From positions 1 through 44,769 of the forward strand of contig JAHFDQ010000001.1 of NCBI GenBank assembly GCA_023248915.1: a stretch of DNA of 44,769 nucleotides, read 5' to 3'. This DNA comes from Archangiaceae bacterium (GTDB lineage: Bacteria; Myxococcota; Myxococcia; Myxococcales; Myxococcaceae). The translations under genes were made by a program, and so were the position numbers. Under the pieces are notes generated by a model. It ran no database searches. It was not told the DNA's origin and saw only the letters and a program-made list of their open reading frames with translations. This document shows positions 40,108 to 44,769 of this stretch, piece after piece (positions within the stretch are counted from its first letter, which is position 1; each line of letters opens with the position of its first letter).

Positions 40108-40343
40108 CCGACCTCCACCCGGAAGTTCTCGACCACCGTGTTCGCCAACAGCTTCTTGCACATCTCTTCGACGCGGGCCTTGGCCTTGACGGCGTCCAGC
40201 CCTTCGACCGTCACCTCGAGGTACTTGCCCAACCGCACCAGGCCGACCTCGGGGTAGCCGAGCGAGTGCAGGCTGCCCTCGACCGCCTTGCCGGCCGGGT
40301 CGAGGACGCCCGGCTTCAGGGTGACGAACACGCGCGCGACCAT
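40104..40343 (-). CDS. purS: Phosphoribosylformylglycinamidine synthase subunit PurS
   Basis: 79 aa. [30 protein letters not shown]...VENFRVEV is the typical PurS sequence. ATGA overlap with purQ. Confidence 0.9.
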   Translation of the reverse strand: MVARVFVTLKPGVLDPAGKAVEGSLHSLGYPEVGLVRLGKYLEVTVEGLDAVKAKARVEEMCKKLLANTVVENFRVEVG

Positions 40344-40442
40344 CGGGACGCTCCTCGCTCCAAAGGAGCGCTTCCAATATCACGGCCCCTGCGCCCGCGG
40401 CCGGCAAGTGGAGCCCACCCCGGGCGCGCGGTATGACAGGGC

Positions 40443-41801
40443 ATGCCTGTCTGGGCCCTTTGGGCCGTCTGCGGCGGCTTGCTGCTGGTTCGGGCGCTGT
40501 TGGCGGCGGCCGAGTCCGCGCTCTACGGCACGTCCGACCTGCGGGCGAAAGAGCTGGCCGAGGCCAACCCGCGCCGAGGCGGCCGGGTGCTGCGGCACAA
40601 GATGAACCGCGAGGCGACCGCGGCGGCGCTGCGCTTCGCGCTGGTGCTGACCGGCTTCACCGCGGCGGCGCTGGGGGCGCTGGTGGGGTCGAAGCTGATC
40701 GACCCCTCGGTGCTCGGCGAGGCGCCCTGGGTCGCGGTGGTGCCCCCCTTGTCCAGCGCGCTGCTCGTCGGCACGGTCGCCAGCCTCTTCGACGTCACCT
40801 TACGCGCGGCCGCCTCGTCCCGGCCCGAGCTCTGGGCGTTGAGGCTGTCCTGGCTGGTGTCGGTGATGGTGGTGACGCTGTACCCGGTGATGCGCCTCAT
40901 GGTGGCGATGCTGAACCTGGTGGTGCGCCCCTTCGGCACCCGAGTCCGATTCGAGGCCCCGCCGCCGCCGCTCGAAGAGCTCGAGAAGCTGCTCGCCGCG
41001 CAGGCCGCGAAGCACCAGGTCGACCAGGGGGCGCCGCAGCTCATCCGTTCCATCTTCGAGCTGTCGGACAAGACGTGCCGGGACGTGATGGTGCCGCGCA
41101 CCGACGTCATCGCGCTCGACCTGACGACTCCGACCGCGGAGATACTTCGCATTCTCGCCGAGGAAAACCACTCGCGCATGCCGGTGTTCAAGGACGACCC
41201 GGACCACATCGTCGGCATTCTGCACGTGCGCGACTTGATTCCGATGATGCAGCACCCCGAACTCATCGTGCTGCCCGACATCATCCGCCCGGCCCAGTTC
41301 GTGCCCTGGGTGAAGCCCATCGGCGACCTGCTTCGCGACATGCAGCGCCGGAAGATTCACATGTCCGTCGTGGTGGACGAGTACGGCGGCTTCATGGGGC
41401 TGGTGACGCTGGAAGACATCTTGCGGGAAATCGTGGGGGACATCGGCGACGAGTTCGACGTCGAGGTCAAGCAGGTCGACAAGCAGCCCGACGGTTCCTA
41501 CCTGGTGGACGCGGCGATGGCGGTGGAAGACTTCGCGCGGGCCTTCAACCTGCCCCGCCCCGACGGCGCCTTCGAGACGCTGGCGGGGTTCGTGTCGTCC
41601 CTGTCGGGGTCGGTGCCCGAGGTGGGCGAGAAGTTCGCGGTCGACGGCTGGCAGTTGACCGTCCACGCGAAGGACGGCCCGCGCATCGACCGGGTGAGGT
41701 TGACCCGGGTGAAGCCTGCGGCCGCCCTGCCCCGACCCGAAAAGGACCGCGACGGAGAAGGCCCCCTCATCCCTCCGCGCCCTTCGCCAGGGCGGCTGTA
41801 G
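40443..41801 (+). CDS. CNNM/TlyC-family membrane protein (DUF21 + CBS pair + CorC_HlyC domains)
   Basis: 452 aa. The N-terminal DUF21 domain contains TM helices. The CBS region reads [13 protein letters not shown]...RMPVF. The CorC/HlyC C-terminus reads [19 protein letters not shown]...FETLAGFV. Confidence 0.9.
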   Translation: MPVWALWAVCGGLLLVRALLAAAESALYGTSDLRAKELAEANPRRGGRVLRHKMNREATAAALRFALVLTGFTAAALGALVGSKLIDPSVLGEAPWVAVVPPLSSALLVGTVASLFDVTLRAAASSRPELWALRLSWLVSVMVVTLYPVMRLMVAMLNLVVRPFGTRVRFEAPPPPLEELEKLLAAQAAKHQVDQGAPQLIRSIFELSDKTCRDVMVPRTDVIALDLTTPTAEILRILAEENHSRMPVFKDDPDHIVGILHVRDLIPMMQHPELIVLPDIIRPAQFVPWVKPIGDLLRDMQRRKIHMSVVVDEYGGFMGLVTLEDILREIVGDIGDEFDVEVKQVDKQPDGSYLVDAAMAVEDFARAFNLPRPDGAFETLAGFVSSLSGSVPEVGEKFAVDGWQLTVHAKDGPRIDRVRLTRVKPAAALPRPEKDRDGEGPLIPPRPSPGRL

Positions 41802-41891
41802 GCCTCGCGCGCTTCCTGTCGCGAACCCCCTCGACTGTCGCCGGGAAAGGGCCTTTGATGGCTCGGTTCAACCCCTGCCGGAGGACTCGCC

Positions 41892-42443
41892 ATGAAGAAC
41901 GAGACCCACACCCACGGAAGCAACGGGCACCAGGCTCAGAAGACGGCGACCACCACCGTGAGGTCGCCGGACGAGGCGGCCCGCACCACCGTGTTCCAGA
42001 TCATGTCGCGCGAGGTGATCTGTCTGAAGCCCGACATGACCCTCGAGTCGCTGAGGGCGATTCTGCTCGAGAACGGCATCGGCGGCGCGCCGGTGGTGGA
42101 CGAGATCGGGCACCCCATCGGCATCATCACCACGGTGGACGTCGTGCGCGACCAGCACGAGCGCGGCGACACGCTCGAGATAGAGGGCACGGTCCGCCTG
42201 CAGACCAAGGGCGGCGTGGCCTACTCGCCCGGCCCGGGCTTCCACCTGCTCGACCCGGGGTCGACCGTCGGCGACGTGATGAGCAAGAAGGTGGTGACGA
42301 TTCCCGAGGCGACCACCATCGCCCGCGCCGCCGAGCTGATGGCGAAGAACCACGTGCACCGGCTGCCGGTCGTGTCCGAGGCGGGCAAGGTGATCGGCCT
42401 GGTGTCGTCGCTCGACATCCTGGCGTGGATTTCCGGGCACTGA
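41892..42443 (+). CDS. CBS-pair domain protein
   Basis: 183 aa with a GGAGGA RBS. The two CBS motifs are IMSREVICLKPDMTL...GIGGAPVVDE and VMSKKVVTIPEATTI...HVHRLPVVSE. Confidence 0.85.
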   Translation: MKNETHTHGSNGHQAQKTATTTVRSPDEAARTTVFQIMSREVICLKPDMTLESLRAILLENGIGGAPVVDEIGHPIGIITTVDVVRDQHERGDTLEIEGTVRLQTKGGVAYSPGPGFHLLDPGSTVGDVMSKKVVTIPEATTIARAAELMAKNHVHRLPVVSEAGKVIGLVSSLDILAWISGH

Positions 42444-42459
42444 CGGGGCCCGCCCGCCG

Positions 42460-42942
42460 TCAGTCGTCTTCGCCGGGGCCGCCCATCTTCGGAGCCCCGC
42501 GCGCGAGAATCCTTCGGGTGGCCTCGAAGGGCACCCGGGCGCCGCCCTTGCCGTACTTGAGGTCGACGGCTCCGCGCACGGCGACTTCGACGCTGGCGGG
42601 TTCGGGCCGCACCTCGAGCCTCTTGAACACTACCGGCAACTGAAGCGCGATTAGCGTCCGCCGGTGGGCGGGCAGCGCAGCCCGAACCTCGAGCAGCCCG
42701 GCGGCGAACCACCGCCCTTCCAGCCAGACCTCCCAGGTGACTTCCTTGGCCTCGGCGTCGACGCCCTCGGGGTTGTCCACGTCGAGCGTCAACCGCACCT
42801 CTCCGTGGTCCGGCCCCGGGAAGTCGGCGGCGAGCGCGGCCACTTCAATCGGCGCGCGCGGCGCCGGCGAGGGGTTGGCGGTGCGGCACCCGGCGAGGCA
42901 CAGCCAGACGGCCGCGGCGGTTGGCCAGGCGCGCGCCGCCAT
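42460..42942 (-). CDS. Lipoprotein with a LEA_2-like beta-sandwich domain, coupled to the upstream kinase gene
   Basis: The ATG at 42942 gives MAARAWPTAAAVWLCLAGC-R (lipobox). VRLTLDVDNPEGVDAEAKEVTWEVWLEGRWFAAG resembles the LEA_2 core. It begins 2 nt after the kinase stop. Confidence 0.55.
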   Translation of the reverse strand: MAARAWPTAAAVWLCLAGCRTANPSPAPRAPIEVAALAADFPGPDHGEVRLTLDVDNPEGVDAEAKEVTWEVWLEGRWFAAGLLEVRAALPAHRRTLIALQLPVVFKRLEVRPEPASVEVAVRGAVDLKYGKGGARVPFEATRRILARGAPKMGGPGEDD

Positions 42943-42944
42943 CG

Positions 42945-43862
42945 CTACGCGCCGAGCAACGGCTTCAGCGCATCGACGGTGAGCGGCCAGCCGTTTCGCT
43001 TGGCCAGCACCTCGAGCGCCTTCTGAAAGTCGGCCGCCGACTGAAACCGCAGCGCCCGGTCGGCGAAGCAGGCGTGCCGGACAATCTGGGCGGCATAGTC
43101 GGGCAGGTCGGGGTTGAACGGCGCCAGCGCCGGCACCCGCGCGTCGCGCACCTTGTGCATCATCTCGAGCTCGCTGTCGCCGGTGTACAGGCGGCGGTTG
43201 GCGAAGAGTTCCCAAAGCACGACTCCGGCCGAGTAGAGGTCGGACCGGTGGTCGACCACCTGCCCCAGCACCTGCTCGGGGCTCATGTAGGCGAGCGTGC
43301 CGCGCAGCGCGCCGGCATCGCCCTTCACCACGCCCTCGACGTCGGCGACCCCGAAGTCGGTCAGCTTCACCTCGCCGGCCACCGATAGAAGGATGTTCGA
43401 GGGGTTGACGTCGCGGTGCACGATGTTCGAACCGCTGTCGCCGACCTTGGCCCTGTGGATGTAGTCGAGCGCCTTCATCAGGCAATAGACGACGTAGGTC
43501 GACGCCGAGGCGGGAATCGCCGCGCCCGCCTTGACGAAGGCTTCCTGCATGAAGGCCAAGGTCCGGCCGGGCACCAGTTCCTGCACCATCAGGTAGTCGC
43601 TGCCGGCCTTGAAGCAGCGGAAGGTGCGGACGATGTGCGGGTGCCTGAGCCGTACGGTGAGCTTCGCCTCGTCGACGAACTGCTTCACGAAGCCGCCGTC
43701 GTTGCGGTACGTCGGCAACAGCCGCTTCAGCACCACCTCGTCGGGTTCGCCCGGCGAGCGCTGCGTCTGGGGCCGCGCGCGCGCCTGGTACACCTCGGCC
43801 ATGCCGCCGATGGCAAGGCGTCCGACGATTTGGTACCCGCCGAGCTCTGTTTCCTGCGCCAC
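42945..43862 (-). CDS. Hanks-type Ser/Thr protein kinase, kinase domain only
   Basis: 305 aa. The Gly loop is IGGMAEVY, the VxxK motif is VVLKRL, the catalytic loop is HRDVNPSNILL, followed by DFG and then YMSPE. GTG start. Confidence 0.9.
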   Translation of the reverse strand: MAQETELGGYQIVGRLAIGGMAEVYQARARPQTQRSPGEPDEVVLKRLLPTYRNDGGFVKQFVDEAKLTVRLRHPHIVRTFRCFKAGSDYLMVQELVPGRTLAFMQEAFVKAGAAIPASASTYVVYCLMKALDYIHRAKVGDSGSNIVHRDVNPSNILLSVAGEVKLTDFGVADVEGVVKGDAGALRGTLAYMSPEQVLGQVVDHRSDLYSAGVVLWELFANRRLYTGDSELEMMHKVRDARVPALAPFNPDLPDYAAQIVRHACFADRALRFQSAADFQKALEVLAKRNGWPLTVDALKPLLGA

Positions 43863-43901
43863 GAGTCGGAAACCTACTTTGGTTTGCGCTGCCCGAGCAG
43901 T

Positions 43902-44769
43902 TTACGCGCCAAGTGACCGATACAGGGCCTCATATTGTCGGGCCGCCGCTTCCCACGAGAAGTCGCGCTTCATGCCGCGCAGGCGCACCGCCTCGAGGGC
44001 CGGGGCGTCCTGGTAGAGCTCGAAGGCGCGGTCGAGCGCCCCCTCCAGGGCTTCGAGGGTGAAGGCGTCGAATTTGATTCCGGTGCCGCTGGGCGTCGAG
44101 GCGTCGTCCACCGTGTCTTCCAGGCCGCCCACGGCGCGGACCACCGGCACCGTGCCGTACCGCAGGCTGTAAAGCTGGTTCAGGCCGCAGGGCTCGAAGC
44201 GGGACGGCATGACGAAGAAGTCGGCTCCGGCCTCGACGACGTGCGCGAGGCCCACGTCGAAGCCGAGCCGCACCCCCACTCGCGACGGGTACCGTTCGAG
44301 CAGTTGCCCGAGCGCCCGCTCGTAGCGCGAGTCGCCGGCCCCCAGGGCGACGAACCGCGCGCCGCGCTCGAGGGCGCGGGGCAGCGCGGCGAGCAACAGG
44401 TCCACTCCCTTCTGGTCGACCAGCCGGCCGACGAAGGCGAACAGCGGGGCCTCGGTGGGGGCCAGCCCGAAGAGCTCGAGCAGCCGTGCCTTGCAGCGGG
44501 CCTTGCCTTCCCACTGGCCGGGGCCGAAGTGGGCGGGCAGGTGCGAGTCGGTCTCGGGGTTCCATTCCCGGTAATCGACGCCGTTCAGGATGCCCGAGAG
44601 CGCGCCCCGCCGGCGCCTGAGGAAACCGTCGAGGCCGCGGCCTCCTTCGGGCGTCTGGATTTCCTCGGCGTAGCGCGGCGACACGGTGGACAGGGCGTCG
44701 GCGTAGGCGAGGCCCGCCTTCAGGAACGAAACGCCGTCGTAGAGCTCGAGCCCGTCGGGGGTGAACAGG
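43902..44769 (-). CDS. glgA: Glycogen/starch synthase, C-terminal ~289 aa; 5' end lies outside the window
   Basis: The frame is open to the window edge. It contains FLKAGLAYADALSTVSPRYAEEIQTPEGGRGLDGFL, GILNGVDYREWNPETD, FAFVGRLVDQKG, MPSRFEPCGLNQLYSLRYGT and GGLEDTV, all canonical GlgA motifs. TAA stop at 43902-43904. Confidence 0.9.
   Translation of the reverse strand, partial: LFTPDGLELYDGVSFLKAGLAYADALSTVSPRYAEEIQTPEGGRGLDGFLRRRRGALSGILNGVDYREWNPETDSHLPAHFGPGQWEGKARCKARLLELFGLAPTEAPLFAFVGRLVDQKGVDLLLAALPRALERGARFVALGAGDSRYERALGQLLERYPSRVGVRLGFDVGLAHVVEAGADFFVMPSRFEPCGLNQLYSLRYGTVPVVRAVGGLEDTVDDASTPSGTGIKFDAFTLEALEGALDRAFELYQDAPALEAVRLRGMKRDFSWEAAARQYEALYRSLGA

Noticed and set aside
42441-42462. 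TGACGG-N10-CCGTCA inverted repeat spanning both stop codons of the convergent CBS and lipoprotein genes
   Set aside because: It has a 6-bp stem, a 10-nt loop and no flanking T/A tracts. It could be a weak bidirectional terminator, but it is not supportable from sequence alone.

Overview
This is a roughly 70% GC window with the hallmarks of Myxococcota: MYXO-CTERM tails, many lipoproteins, PDAG-type repeats and Glt/Nfs-like genes. All family names come from reading motifs in the translated ORFs; no database search was run.

The main feature is an ~18 kb divergent locus (2926-21151).
- **Minus strand:** a four-gene array. Three are paralogous lipoproteins with a von Willebrand A (VWA) domain, thrombospondin type-3 (TSP3) calcium-binding repeats and a shared C-terminal domain. 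The fourth is a cysteine-containing, eukaryote-like TSP3 'wire' protein with a MYXO-CTERM anchor.
- **Plus strand:** a nine-gene, largely translationally coupled operon. It encodes a small secreted protein, an FHA/TonB-C-like transducer (GltG/PglI/NfsG-like), an outer-membrane beta-barrel (GltH-like), three TPR proteins (GltE-, GltD- and GltC-like in size and architecture) and two unassigned lipoproteins.
- **Interpretation:** I read this as a Glt/Nfs-type trans-envelope apparatus paired with a candidate calcium-dependent surface adhesin module. This pairing is the best candidate for an undescribed system. No AglRQS/TolQR-type motor genes lie in the window.

The flanks carry:
- a hipBA toxin-antitoxin pair
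- a DUF4143-type AAA ATPase
- aat
- an M3 peptidase
- a frameshifted glycine-rich beta-helix MYXO-CTERM gene
- an alpha/beta hydrolase
- a small nucleotidyltransferase two-gene module
- purS-purQ-(inserted secreted protein)-purL
- CNNM/CBS genes
- a Ser/Thr kinase coupled to a LEA_2-like lipoprotein
- the 3' part of glgA

I saw no rRNA, tRNA, CRISPR array, transposase or integrase. Many long ORFs in the track are antisense or off-frame artefacts of the high GC content and are rejected.
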